DNA of 64,000 bases from Octopus sinensis (Eukaryota), in contig NC_042998.1 of assembly GCF_006345805.1 (NCBI RefSeq), forward strand, positions 28,334,001-28,398,000, written 5' to 3'. The notes beneath the pieces were generated by a model. The model ran no database searches. It had not been told where the DNA came from and was given only the letters and a program-made list of their open reading frames with translations. Positions 24,498 to 38,266 of this stretch are shown here, piece after piece; the first letter of the stretch is position 1; every line of letters begins with the position of its first letter. Made by a program: the position numbers and the translations under genes.

Positions 24498-24678
24498 AGA
24501 TAGATCGGTAGCCACTACACACATTGTTTCTCTCCTTGTTTTTTTCTGTGTCCCTTTCTGTAGATGAGCATAGGCTCGAAACGTAAAAGACTTTTTCAAT
24601 TTCTGAGCGTTATACTAATACATCTGTTTGTTTTCTACACCACCTGTCTTCGTCTTTTGTTTGTTCGTGAAATCTCCC
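24496..24678 (+). mobile_element. Probable Penelope-like element terminal fragment
   Basis: Lies between (AAT)n and (TA)n and carries a hammerhead-like motif. Its 3' part (TAATACATCTGTTTG..CTTTTG) recurs at about 35400-35465. Confidence 0.5.
24550..24591 (+). ncRNA. Minimal type-I hammerhead-like motif (variant core)
   Basis: GTC-CC-TTT / CTGTAGA / T-GAGC-atag-GCTC / GAAA-CGT-A / AAA-GAC. Helices I and II pair and helix III is the palindrome ACGT, but the core has A6>U. Confidence 0.55.
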
Positions 24679-25318
24679 TATATATATATATATATAGATA
24701 TATATATATATATATATATATATTGAGAGAGAGACACACACCTACGTCATCTCTTGATTAATCTCAGCGTCGATTAAAAGTAAATTTACATTAATGTATA
24801 GAAAAAGTTAATGTCTATATTGCTCTTTATAATCAGTATATCAAAATATAGCTAAATAAACAACACTTCCTCTTTGTTATGAAGAACCGATGTTTCGATG
24901 CAATGAGTGGCTATCGGCAAGTTAATAGGCACGCAGAAGAACAATTTCCTCAGAAATTCGTGGATGATTAATTATTATGCCATATGTGATAAATCTGACT
25001 AGACAATAGAAACGACAAGGCGCCGGCTCTTGTATACTGTTCATAAATTGTTACTTCATACAAAGATATATGTTATGATAAATATACCAGTCTGCCACTT
25101 TTTGATATATTACATAAAATTGTTTGCAATAGAGACGTTTCTGAAGTGTATTAAGGTGCAAATAAATATTAGTAAGACGTAATTTCTTCATACAGTTTTA
25201 TAATCAGTCGAATATGTCACATTTATCATGATTCTTGTGTTAATTAGTGAAAGAATTGCTTTAATATGTCTACCCTTTGATATACTTATACACGCACATG
25301 TGTGTGTGTGTGTGTGTG

Positions 25319-25367
<49 letters not shown>

Positions 25368-25410
25368 ACATATATATATGTGTGTGTGTGGTGTGTGTGT
25401 ACGTACATGT

Positions 25411-25670
25411 ATATAAAATTAGTGTACATTTAAACACAAAAGAGGTGACTCTTAACAGGTCGTCTTAAATGCTAGAAGGAACAGTTAAAATACCAAACCA
25501 CAGTTAAGGGCAATTTCGAAGGGAATATTTATAGGCCCTGAAGAGATTGCACTAATAAGGCACAAACCGCTGCATATAAATTTGCAATGATATGCAGTTA
25601 GTGCGATCGAAACACGTATCGGACAATTATTATGAATAAACTAACTGGAAATAAGCATAAATTTGAATGT
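25411..25670 (+). mobile_element. Probable Penelope-like terminal fragment, related to the arms of the 49966-50239 fold-back
   Basis: TATAAAATTAGTGTACATTTAAACACA..GCTAGAAGGAACAG..CGAAGGGAAT resembles 49966-50083; followed by a hammerhead-like relic ..GATCGAAACACGTATC. Confidence 0.5.
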
Positions 25671-25855
25671 TCAAATTCTTCATTCTGCTTACTATCAATA
25701 ATGTTCTTTACACACCAAGTAACCAAGAAATATACTGTAATATTGGATGGGAGCTAAAGGAAATTTTCTACAAAACGCAACATTTGAAGGGACCAGCCTT
25801 GGCCTTTTATTCAGAGAAATTCGATATCTGTCTGGGTATTATATCCCTCCTCTTA

Positions 25856-25891
<36 letters not shown>

Positions 25892-25893
<2 letters not shown>

Positions 25894-26290
25894 TCTTTTA
25901 CTCTTTTACTTGTTTCAGTCATTTGACTGTGGCCATGCTGGAGCACCGCCTTTAGTCGAGCAAATCGACCCCGGGACTTATTCTTTGTAAGCCTAGTACT
26001 TATTCTATCGGTCTCTTTTGCCGAACCGCTAAGTGACGGGGACGTAAACACACCAGCATCGGTTGTCAAGCAATGCTAGGGGGACAAATACAGACACACA
26101 AACACACACATACACACATATATATACATATATACGACGGGCTTCTTTCAGTTTCCGTCTACCAAATCCACTTACAAGACTTTGGTCGGCCCGGGGCTAT
26201 AGCAGAAGACACTTACTCAAGATGCCACGCAGTGGGACTGAACCCGGAACCATGTGGTTGGTAAACAAGCTACTTACCACACAACCATTC
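25892..26290 (-). mobile_element. SINE family B, near full length
   Basis: Reverse complement with an intact tail (GTAAAAGAGTAAAAGAG) and head. Confidence 0.94.
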
Positions 26291-26529
26291 TTGTTTCAAA
26301 TTCGTTAGTAGTATTGTGTTTCAAACGTGTTACTAGTCGTCAGCCATTTGTAATTCCAAATTTACGTTTATTTCCAGTATTCCTAATAATTGTTCGACAC
26401 ATGTTTCGATCTCACTAACAGCATTCAAGAATACCAACGTATTTGAATCAAACTGTTTTGGTCCATATATTTATACATACATACATACATACATACATAC
26501 ATACATACATACATACATACATACATACA

Positions 26530-26563
<34 letters not shown>

Positions 26564-27874
26564 GATAGATAGATAGATATACATTCATCGAAGGCGTCCA
26601 CACCAATTTGACATATATATGTATACACATGTATGCGTGTGTCTGTGTGTGTATAATGTAGGGCTTATTGTCTGGATTCCTTCTACTTTGTATGTCTTAC
26701 ATGCCGTAATTGAATACGGATAAGTAAAACCGTTTTTGTACAAAGCTAATGACATAAATATGTTTTTTCATATGTCCGGAAGGCCTTTTTATTTGAAATT
26801 GGAATTTGAAATTTAAAACGATATTATTATTGTATTTCATTCTGGAAATAGTTTTTGGAGATATATTTCATAAGTTAATTCCAACTTTCATTCAATTTAC
26901 TCAAGTAGTTTCCCCATTACACCAAATCTATTTCTGAAATCTAATTTACTATCATCAAACCTAATTTATGATTTTTGAATGGGGACATTTTTATAGCGAA
27001 GAAAATGTAAAATATATACACTTATTGCAGTTTAAATGTGAAGAGTGATGCTCGTGGATATTTGTTCAGATTTCTTTGATAACACTGGAAATAGAAAATC
27101 ATCTTAGAAAACTATAAGATACATAACTAAACAAGAAGGACTCGTCTTCAGACGTTGTGGGAATGTTAATAGAAAGTTCACAAACACGTGAAAGGTAAAT
27201 ATGTATCTCAGTATGAAATATTGATGTAAATATAGGATTTGAAAGATAAGGAATTATGCTCCAATTTATTTCGAGCTAACTATTATATTTGATAATTTTT
27301 TGTTTGTATTAGAATTCTTGCAGTATATTCTCTACAGAAAACTTAGAAATATGAAATATACTTATATTTAATAACAGGTCATCAGTTCAACGTATGGAAA
27401 CATTTATACTGTATAGTCGAAAGATAAGAGGTAACTGACGAAGTAAAAATAATACTTAAAAAGTGGTAAATGTATGTTGGTGACAACGTTTGCGTAGGTG
27501 TGCGTAATGCGAATATGCGCATGCGTGAAATATGTGTTTGAGTTTAGTATTTGTAAGTTTTTTTTAGTGAGAAAATCCTATTATGGGATATACTTTATTA
27601 GGAGACGTTAAATAAATTCTGATAGGGATAAAACAAGGCATAACTGTTGATAATCGGTGGGAGGTACATGGTTTATTGTCTATGATGTGTGCTTGAAAGT
27701 TAGGTGTGGCAAAATGATAGAAGACGTTAACCAGATTGTTGGAGTATCTATATGTATTTATATAATACAGAGATCTTTTGCGGGGATTTCTGTTTAAGTA
27801 TGTGAATATATACAGGTTAATAGCTATAAGTCTAAGAAAATCGAGGGTTAACTTGAAGGCAGCAACAAACATAT

Positions 27875-27917
<43 letters not shown>

Positions 27918-30769
27918 TTGTATGTATATATGTATATGTGTATATATATGCATGTATGTATGTATATATATATATATATTATATATATATATATATATAT
28001 AATATATATATATATTATATATATATGTATGTATATATGCATGTATATATGTGTATACATATGTACGTATATATATGTATATATATATGTGTGTGTGTGT
28101 GTGTATGTGTGTATGTATGTATATATGTAAATGTATGCTTTGTATACTTATAAGGTATCGCGCATTGTTACAATTGAGAGGAAAGAAATCGGTTTACATA
28201 AAATTTCGTAACAGCACTTCGAACTTCCGAGTTGGCGTTGAAACGTATCCAAGAGAAATTTTTATCTCTGGCCTCACATCGAATTTTATTGAATTTCTTC
28301 TTAAGGGAATAACCCAATGTGTTTTAGGATATTTAGTCACTAAGCAATGAAGAGACTGAAGTTTATGCAATTCAACGGTGTATGAAGAGGTTCTATCGAC
28401 AATGTTCAAATTATTGGTTTTTATGCTCCCAAATATAATGGGAAATGAAGTGACAGTTGGTTTGCCTGTGGAACAAAACGAATTAAAATATTTCTTATAC
28501 CGTCCCATATTGTTGGTGTTAAGTCCCGTATAATTAATAATATTCTGACATGGGCGTAACTCAATATCCAATGGATTTGAATCCATAAATGGAATCGTCT
28601 CTTATTGTAGAGTGGCTCTACTTTGACATACTGGATATTTCTCTGCAGTCGTGTGTTATTTTGGTTGTGGCATGCAATGCTCGTTGCGCTGTTGTCAAGA
28701 CTATTATAGCAGACATCAACCTTGCGTGTTGTGAAGACTTTGTGATATTTGGGTGTAATCAGAAGTATATACCATACAAACGTTTGTAAATTTCTTACAA
28801 AATTTAGAGTGACGTCTAAATTCCGTCAGTATGATGGAGGATTAAACTAAATTACATTGCGTCTTATTTCAGCTTTTCCTTGAACTCATTCATGGCAACT
28901 TTATATCACAATCCTGATGGTTAAAACGAAAAGCATAATTATGCGAATTAGCTGGAAAACCTATTTCTTCGATAACGGTATTACTGGAACACCTACAGGC
29001 AAATATCGATAAATCTAGGGAAGAAACATCTACAGATAAAAGGCCTTCGGGAGTTTAAAATCAATCTCTTTACCATGATTAAAAGGTAAAAGTTCGGCGT
29101 TGTACCAATCACTTCCAAAATACTTGGAACAAATATATGGCCGGCATCCTTTTAATAAGGCCTTAACTTACATACTCATGCAATCCAGACAAAAAACTAT
29201 ATATGAACCTGGTCCCACGACACATAGGAAGCTCTTTATGATCAACATTAATAAGTCTTACCAGAAAACTAAATGCGCAACGATAACATGAATCTCGAAG
29301 TGAGAGAAATAGGCACTTCTTTGAATATAGAAGACTACGTGGATAGTCTCGCCGCCATATGACATTGCCCTTAAACACTACTTTACCCTTGAGCACTAAT
29401 TTTCCTTAGAAACCCAAAGCAGATAAAAAATATCTCCCAAACGCGAATTGGTCATAGCTTATAAGCTTATTCATGGCACCATTTGTCCTAAGATTGGAAG
29501 GGCGGGGAAGATGGACCACTAGGAACGTAGCGCAGCTGTATTTGTGTGGTTTCATTTCATTGTAAGCGCATTCCACAAGCTAAGGCTGCATGGTGAGGAA
29601 TAAAGTCAAATTAAGTTCTAATTGCATTTAGAAATCAACAGATAGAATAGATGCCATTCGATGGGTAAGGCATAATTGATAGCGGATCCCTCCAACCACG
29701 AAATTCGGTATTGTAAGTTTGGAAACTGCGTCGACTTTCTAAACTTTTAAGTTTTGTGTAAAAGACGTATATTATGAAAACTCTCTCAGTTTTGGGGACG
29801 GTTATTCAATTGGTCCATGTCCATAACTAGTTAGTCATTGAATTCATATAACTAGAAATGCTTGAGTATTCTAGAAAACGGTATAACTTTGAGATTATTC
29901 TGCGACACGGAATTAACGTGACGGAATGTGTGTGTGTGTGTGTGATGAGATAGATTCTTTAAATTACATATAGAGTCTCTTCACTGGGCTTCCGTACATT
30001 AGGGCAAAACAACGCACGCAACGGTCCCCACACAATTGTACATATACACACTATCAACGCACGCACACAGACACACACACAGAGAAAATAATAAGTATGC
30101 ATGTTTATACGTGTGTATGTGTCTGTGTGTGTGTGAGAGAGAGAGAACATTCAGAAAATAACTTGGTGGGAAGATCAGAATAATGAGCTTGGCACTGAGA
30201 GGATTGAAAACATTCAATCGTTACGATGTTTCAGATATTATCTCTCGGAATACGATGCAGAATGTAAAGAGAGGAAGAAAAACGAGAAAAAAATTAGAAG
30301 ATGATAAACTAAACATATACGAATGTTCGCGTAGGCAAATGTGTGTTAGTATGTTATGTATGTGTACATGCGTGGAACTGTATTGCATGTATGTGTACAT
30401 GCGTGGAACTGTATGAGGTGCTGAGGCTGATGTGTAGAATATTTTGTGAGTTAAATGATGAGTGGGGGATTAAGGCCGAAAGTGGGTGTGAGATTCCAGA
30501 GAAAAAAATTTTAACGCTGCCCTTTACAAAATCTGAAGTTCGCAGACCCAGTGTGTCTTATGTAAAGTACAACGCGGGAATGAGTTGTATTGAATGACCT
30601 GTGGAATGGAAGTAACGAGAGGCGAGGGGCTGAGTTCCGATCTGAATATTCTAAAGAAATGTTTCGTGAATTAATCTGTCGACGGGCGGCCATTTTGACC
30701 GGCACACAAGCCGTTGGGTAAAGAAAAAGTTTATATTGTTCCAGTTCAGTCAGCTGACAAGAATGAGTA

Positions 30770-30960
30770 GTACCAGTAATTCAAAAGGGGCCAGCCTTGT
30801 CAAATTCTGTGTCACGCTTAATCACTTTGAGAACTCCGTTAAGGGTACGCATGTTTATGGAGTGATCAGCCACTTGCCCGCTAATTTTACGAGCAGGCTC
30901 TTTCTATTGATCAGATCACTGTGAACTCTAATCGTTATTAGTGAAGGAGTGCTCAGTTAC
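30770..30960 (+). mobile_element. Degenerate 3' part of SINE family C (tail type 1)
   Basis: AAAGGGGCCAGCCTTGTC..CTGTGTCACGCT..CCGTTAAGGGTACGCATG matches about 14325-14495. Confidence 0.75.
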
Positions 30961-31009
30961 ATGACTCTAACTGCGCCACGTCTCTCTCCCGACACCAAGT
31001 GAACACTCT

Positions 31010-31295
<286 letters not shown>

Positions 31296-31721
31296 ATCTT
31301 TCTCTCTCTATCCCTATGTGAATATGAGAATGTGTGTGAATACCCGACCTCTCGTACATTTACATATATTTATACACATTGACATACGCACATACTCAAA
31401 AACACACACACACACACTCGCAGACACCTATACAGTAATAGATGTTCTTTTGTTTCTCTACATTTATCAGAAAGGTCAATTAAAAATTAAAGAGTTTCCT
31501 TAAATATATTCAAGCAGAGCATCACTACTACGTTTGTTAAAGAAATAAATAACTGACAGTGACTTCGAAGTTTTGGCTCAGTTATATTATCTACGTATAC
31601 TCAATATAGAGTGATATATGCAAAATTAGATAAACTGGCTGGCAAAAATAAACACAGAATCGATCTAGATGGCATATAAAAATAGGAATACACATCGATA
31701 TGTTATTATTTTGGTTTAATA

Positions 31722-32478
31722 AAGGCGGTGAGCTGGCAGAAACTTTAGTACGCCGGGTGAAATGCTTAGCAGTATTTCTGAGTTCATATTCCGCCGAGGT
31801 CGACTTTGCCTTTTATCATTTCGGGGTCGATTAAATAAGTAACAGTTACGCACTGGGGGTCGATATAATCGACTTAATCCATTTGTCTGGCCTTGTTTGT
31901 CCTCTTAGTGTTTAGCCCCTTGTGGGTAGTAAAGAAATAGGTATTTCGTCTGCTGTTACCTTCTGAGTTCAAATTCCGCCGAGGTTGACTTTGCCTTTCA
32001 TCCTTTCGGGGTCGATTAAATAAATACCAGTTATGCACTGGGGAATCGACTTAATCCATTTGTCTGTCCTTGTTTGTCCTCTTTGTGTTTAGCCCCTTGT
32101 GGGAAGTAAAGAAATAGGTATTTCGTCAGCCGCTACGTTCTGAGTTCAAATTCTGCCGAGGTCGACTTTGCCTTTCATCCTTTCGGGGTCGATAAATTAA
32201 GTACCAGTTACGCACTGGGGTCGATATAATCGACTTAATCCGTTTGTCTGTCCTTGTTTAGCCTGTCTATGTTAAGTCCGTTGAGGGCAATAAAAATTAA
32301 GAAACGTTAGTAGGCCGGGCGAAATGCTGAGCGGTATTTCGCCCGTCTTTAAGTTCTGAGTTCAAATTCCGCCGAGGTTGACTTTGCCCTTCATCCTTTC
32401 GGGGTCGATAAATTAAGTACCACTTGCGTACTGGGGTCGATATAATCGACTGGCCCCCTCCCCCCAATTTCGAGCCTT
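31722..32478 (+). mobile_element. SINE family A multimer (four core copies)
   Basis: The core GACTTTGCCTTT..GGGGTCGAT occurs four times; head at the left. Confidence 0.93.
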
Positions 32479-32899
32479 ATATGTATGTGTGTGTCTGTTT
32501 GTGCTTGTATGGAGAAGAAGAATGAAGTATATACATATTGTGGAGGGGCCTACAATAGATTGTTTTTGTTTAAGAGGGAAATAGCTGACTGTGATTTCGC
32601 GGTGTTGGCTCAGTTACATTATTCATGTATAAAAAATATAGAGTAATAGATGCAAATGGGGATAAACTGGAAAACAGAGATACTGCATCGATTTAGATGG
32701 CATATAGAGATAGGAATACACAGACATAATTGAGATACATAAATTTTTATATGTTTGGATATGCACTAATGGATGCGTGTGTAATATGGTATTTATTTGA
32801 GTGCATGTACCTCGTTGAATATTCATAAGTATTTGTGCATCTAGGCATTTATATGTTCATGGATGGGTATGTGTGTGTATGTGGACAAATATATATATA

Positions 32900-32941
<42 letters not shown>

Positions 32942-33139
32942 CGTGCATAGACATATACGTGTAAATCAACAAGAGTTGTACTCCATCCAGTGAGAGATAC
33001 ACAACGTCTAGATTGATATCTTCAACGTTGCTTGGAGACACAAGGAACGTTATAAAAATCTGCCTAACCACGTGTCTCAACGTCAAGAAACTATTAGCAG
33101 CTCACATTTTAGTACAGTGTACATTAAAGAATATAATAT

Positions 33140-33182
<43 letters not shown>

Positions 33183-33227
33183 GCACCACACACACACTAC
33201 TCACATACACTACTCATACACATACAT

Positions 33228-33267
<40 letters not shown>

Positions 33268-35184
33268 CACACACACACACACATATATATATATATGTAT
33301 ATACATAGGCTGGAGGCTATGATTTTTTCGACGAGTTTTTATAATTGCGTGATATGTATGTATGTATGACTGTATGCTTGCATGTATGTATGTATGTATG
33401 TATGTATGTATGTATGTATGTATGTATGTATGTATGTATGTATGTATGTATCGCTGTATGTGTTTGTCTGTATGTCTGGTGTCTGCGTTTATGTGCAGTG
33501 TATATGAATGTATATTGAACTATGTGTGAGGAAAAATTGAGAGAGTCACTTTCCAATGAAATCTTTGTATGTTGCCATGCGTTTGACGTCAATATTGCAA
33601 AACCTCAGTAGATTTAAAGAGGAGATCTGCTCTCGCATTAAGGAAGTCTAATCTTATTTTAACTGGCTTCCTTCTTAACTGTAAATTCTTAAACACCTCA
33701 CACATAGATTGCAAAGTTTAGCTAACATTAGGAAGCCTTATTACATTCAATATCAGAATGTATGTTTTCGCAGGAATAATTCTTCTTTCAAAAAATATTT
33801 CTGGTTGTTATGTAGAACCAAATAAATTCTTTCTGTTAACGTGGAAAGGTCAAGATTTCTCCTCTGGGATTTGAAATAGTTTTATATGATTCCTAATTTA
33901 TCGAAATTATCTCCCCTTTTCCTTGTGATTCGGTGATTGTTTTCTTTCTCCTACGAAGACAATTTCATAGCGTACGTGTTTATATTTGATTCATACCACT
34001 GGGATATGTAGGGTTTTTTTCCCCTTAATACTTATTTGCTTTTTGTCGTACGCAAATTACTCTTCGCTCAAAATTTTTCTATGTCAAAAACCTAAATGTA
34101 TTGAGCAAATAGGTACGTGTTGTTTTTGCTTTTCAAACCAACTGCATTTTGATCGAAACTTGCCCTTTGCTCTCACCTTCACTGCTAATTCTATGCGATT
34201 TTCCCTCAAGTATAAGAATAACTATTTTTAAAGAAATCATCATTTTTATCTAAATTACCTTTTAATGAATTGAAGATTGAAGTTATTTCGTATCTACCAT
34301 CTAGTTAAACGTGATGAGAATATGTGCAAATGTTTATTTTCTTTCTTCAACTTGAATTAAAATTTCAGTTTATAAATATTTTGCCTATTTATTTATACCA
34401 AGTTAATTAGTAATTTAATGACCCACGATTACACGAGTTAATTCCCTATATTTCAGTTTCTTTTACAAATAAAATGATTTTCTTGGCGCATTAAAGCATC
34501 ATAATGCTGTTTAAAATTTTACAGTAATAATCGTGTTTTTAACTATTGCTATTCATATTCCAAAAGAATAGTATTACAAGTTCAGCTTATAAATAGATAC
34601 CAAAATGAACCACCAAATATTTACAGCATTCCATGGAAATCATATCTTTTCAGGCATTCACTAAATGTCCTTAACGAAAGAAGGCACCTCCTGCTTCTAC
34701 TGTGTTACAATACGGGAAACAGCTTCTTAGTGAAGAATAACTCACTATCCTTACCTCATAAATAAAAGTTCCACTAAGTTTAAAAACAATGAGAGGTGAA
34801 CCACAAGCCTCGTTTCTTGATCAATATCAGAGGTTTAACAGCTGACACGACACACCTCTTCTATACTTGGGTCCATGGTTTTGAAAGTTTCTCCAGTTTC
34901 TCATTCTAAGAGTCGGTTCTCAAAGGATTACTTGGCTGACAGTCAACTCTCGATACCTCGTAACGTGCGCTATAATAAGCTGCAGCTTTTATTACTATCT
35001 TACTATCATAGATTCCGTGTTGTTGATTATTGGTAATTTTTTATATACAACTAATATTGTAAACCATCTGAAGAACCCGATTGTAGCTTCGAGATTCTTG
35101 AGCACGATCCTCATTATGAGCAATCATGTGATATTGAACGATCTATAATTTTTTAAGTATGATGAAATCACACACGCCCTGACC

Positions 35185-35300
35185 TTTTCAGTCCCACTGC
35201 GTGGCAACTTGGTCAATTGGACTCTGCTATAGCCTCGGACCGACCAAAGTCTCATGAATGGATTTGATAGACGCAAACTGAAAGAAGCCCGTCAAATATA

Positions 35301-35342
<42 letters not shown>

Positions 35343-35690
35343 TTAATATAATATATAACTTTTTAATATATGTGTGTGTGTGCTTGTGTGTGTAAAAGAC
35401 GTTAAACTAATACATCTGTTTGTTGTATACACAACCTTTTTCATCTTTTGTTTTTTTCTAAATTCTCATATATATATATATATATATGTGTGTTGGTGGT
35501 GTGGTTTTTGTGGTTATGTGTTTATCCCACTATCGCTTGATAACCGATGTTGGTGTGTTTACGTCGCAGTTCGTCAAAAGAGCCGATAAAATAAATACTA
35601 GGCTTACAAAGAATTTGTTGTGGAGTCGATTTGTGCGACTAAAAGCGGTCCTCCACCATGGGCGCAGTCAAATGACTGAAACAAGTGAAA
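35185..35690 (+). mobile_element. SINE family B, 5'-truncated and interrupted in its microsatellite
   Basis: TTCAGTCCCACTGCGTGGCAACTTGG..AAAGAAGCCCGTC, then GATAACCGATGTTGGTG..GCAGTCAAATGACTGAAAC. Confidence 0.85.
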
Positions 35691-35869
35691 ACACACACAC
35701 ACACGTATATATATACATGATTAATAAAAAGTAAAATAAAAAACACAAAACAAAAACAACATGGGGGACATATGTGTAGGATATCATCTGGATATATTTT
35801 ATGGAAAAACCTTCTTCCCTAGTCTTCCGTACATTTCTTTTTCCCCGTTTACTATCAAAATTAAATATC

Positions 35870-36469
35870 TGTTTCTTTATTGCCCACAGGGAGCTAAACA
35901 CAGAGGGGACAAACAAGGGCAGACAAAGAGACTAAGTTGCTTACATCGACCCCAGTGCGTAACTGGTACTTATTTCATCGATCCCGAAAGGATGAAAGGC
36001 ATAGTCGACCTCGGCGGAATTTGAACTCAGAACGTAGCGGCAGACGAAATACCTATTTCTTTACTACCCACAAGGAGCTAAACACATAGGTGACAAACAC
36101 GGACAGACAAACAGATTAAGTCGATCACATCGACCCCAGTGCGTAGCTGGTTCTTATTTAATCGACCACGAAAGGATGAAAGGCAAAGTCGACCTCGGCG
36201 GAATTTGAACTCAGAACGTAGCGGCAGACGAAATACCTATTTCTTTACTACCCACAAGGAACTAAACACATAGGTGACAAACACGGACAGACAAACAGAT
36301 TAAGTAGATCACATCGACCCCAGTGCGTAGCTGGTACTTATTTAATCGACCACGAAAGGATGAAAGGCAAAGTCGACCTCGGCGGAATTTGAACTCACAA
36401 CGTAACGGCAGACGAAATAACGCTGAGCTTCTCGCCCGGCGTGCTAACGTTTCTACCAGCTCGCCGCCC
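35870..36469 (-). mobile_element. SINE family A trimer, 184-bp period, 17-bp TSD
   Basis: CCCACA anchors at 35883, 36067 and 36251; TSD TATCAAAATTAAATATC at 35853-35869 and 36471-36487. Confidence 0.95.
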
Positions 36470-37023
36470 TTATCAAAATTAAATATCAGTTAAAGATTTT
36501 CCTCTTTTATATTTTTAGAAGATTCCCCTTGGAATACTTAGTTCAGAATCAGTAATCATTTCGAAATCAATATTTCTGTTCTTCTTATAGTATGGAAAAA
36601 GTGTTAAAAATTTTATGCTATTCGTACTTGTGAGATAAAGTGTAACTGAAATCATCCGAAGTAGACGTATATTTCCATTGCTAAACAGTAATACGACTAA
36701 TAATTTCCTGACCATGTAATTCTCATCAGTGCATTCAACATAACACCTGAACTTTAGCACTTTATATACTTTTTGTAGTTTGTATGATAAAAACATTGAA
36801 GCGAGATTTTTATCAACAGACATCGAACATCACAAGGTGTAAATGCAAGAATTTAATTCAAATTTGCGCTTTTTGCTTTCTAACACTCTTGATATTTTTG
36901 CTTGTGTACATACGTACATATATACATATTTACATGCCTGTATGCATATATGTATATATGTATAATGTATATATGTATATATGTGCATATATACATACAT
37001 AGATGTTACATAACTATATATAG

Positions 37024-37320
37024 TGGAGGCGCAATGGCCCAGTGGTTAAGGCAATGAACTCGCGGTTTCGATTCCCAGCCCGGGCGTTGTGAGTGTTTAT
37101 TGAGCGAAAACACCTAAAGCCTCACGAGGCTCCGGCAGGGGGTGGTGACGATCCCTGCTGTACTCTTTCGCTACAACTTTCTCTCACTCTTTCTTCTGTT
37201 GGCCTGCTCGCTTAGCCAGCAGGGTGGTGTCATTTGATGGCTAAAACAATGCGGAACGCATTGTGACCAGCGATGTGTAACAACATCTGATAGCCTGGTC
37301 GGTCACGGTGATCACGGTGA
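37024..37320 (+). mobile_element. SINE family C (tail type 3, ending TCACGGTGATCACGGTGA)
   Basis: Same head and middle as 14115, with an unrelated 3' ~125 bp. Confidence 0.88.
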
Positions 37321-37354
37321 TATATATATATAAACATATATGAACATGTGTGTA

Positions 37355-37745
37355 TATAGGCACAATAGTGACTGTGTGACAAGTAGCTTGCTAGCAAACC
37401 ACATGGTTCCAGGTTCAGGGCCACTGCTTGGCACCTGAGACAACTGTCATCTACTATAGCCATGGGCACACCAAAGCCTTACGAGTGGATTTGGTAGACG
37501 GAAACTAAAAGAAGACCGTCGTATATAAATGTATGTTTGTGTGTCTATGTTTGTTCTCCCCCCACCATCATCGCATGACAAACGATGCTGGTGTCTTTAT
37601 GTCCCCGTAACTGAGCGGTTCGGCAAAAGAGACCGATTGAATAAATGTACTAGGGTTATAGAGAATAAATCCTAGGGTGAATTTGTTCGACTCAAAGAGG
37701 TGCTCGAGCATGGACACAGTAAAACGATTGAAACAAATAAAAGAA
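37355..37745 (+). mobile_element. SINE family B (diverged)
   Basis: Head, core and tail motifs are all recognisable. Confidence 0.88.
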
Positions 37746-37872
37746 AAAAAGAATATATATATTTATATGTGTATATATATATATATAAATATGTGTGTAT
37801 GTGTGTGTGTGTGTTTCTGTGGGTTTCAACGCATGCGAGCATGGACAACGCACGTGAAATGATTTTACACAC

Positions 37873-37956
<84 letters not shown>

Positions 37957-38213
37957 ATGGAAATATGTTACAAAAAGAAAATAGATACCATACGTGGAAA
38001 TGTAAGGGGAAACTAAGAAGAAAAATAATAGAAAATGCACATTCGAAATCAAAAAAAGTAAAGGCTTTTTATGAAAAGTAAGGATAGATATATACAATTT
38101 GATGTACTGCGGTAGAAATAAAATTAAAGATGTCATTATTATGAATTGTTAAAGAAATTCAAAAGCATACCGGTTTCGGAAAATTACTGATCACTGCTTT
38201 GAATCCTGTCCTG

Positions 38214-38266
<53 letters not shown>

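Noticed and set aside
35065-35100. CTGAAGA..TTCGAGA as a further hammerhead
   Set aside because: The second box is GAGA and helices II and III do not pair convincingly.
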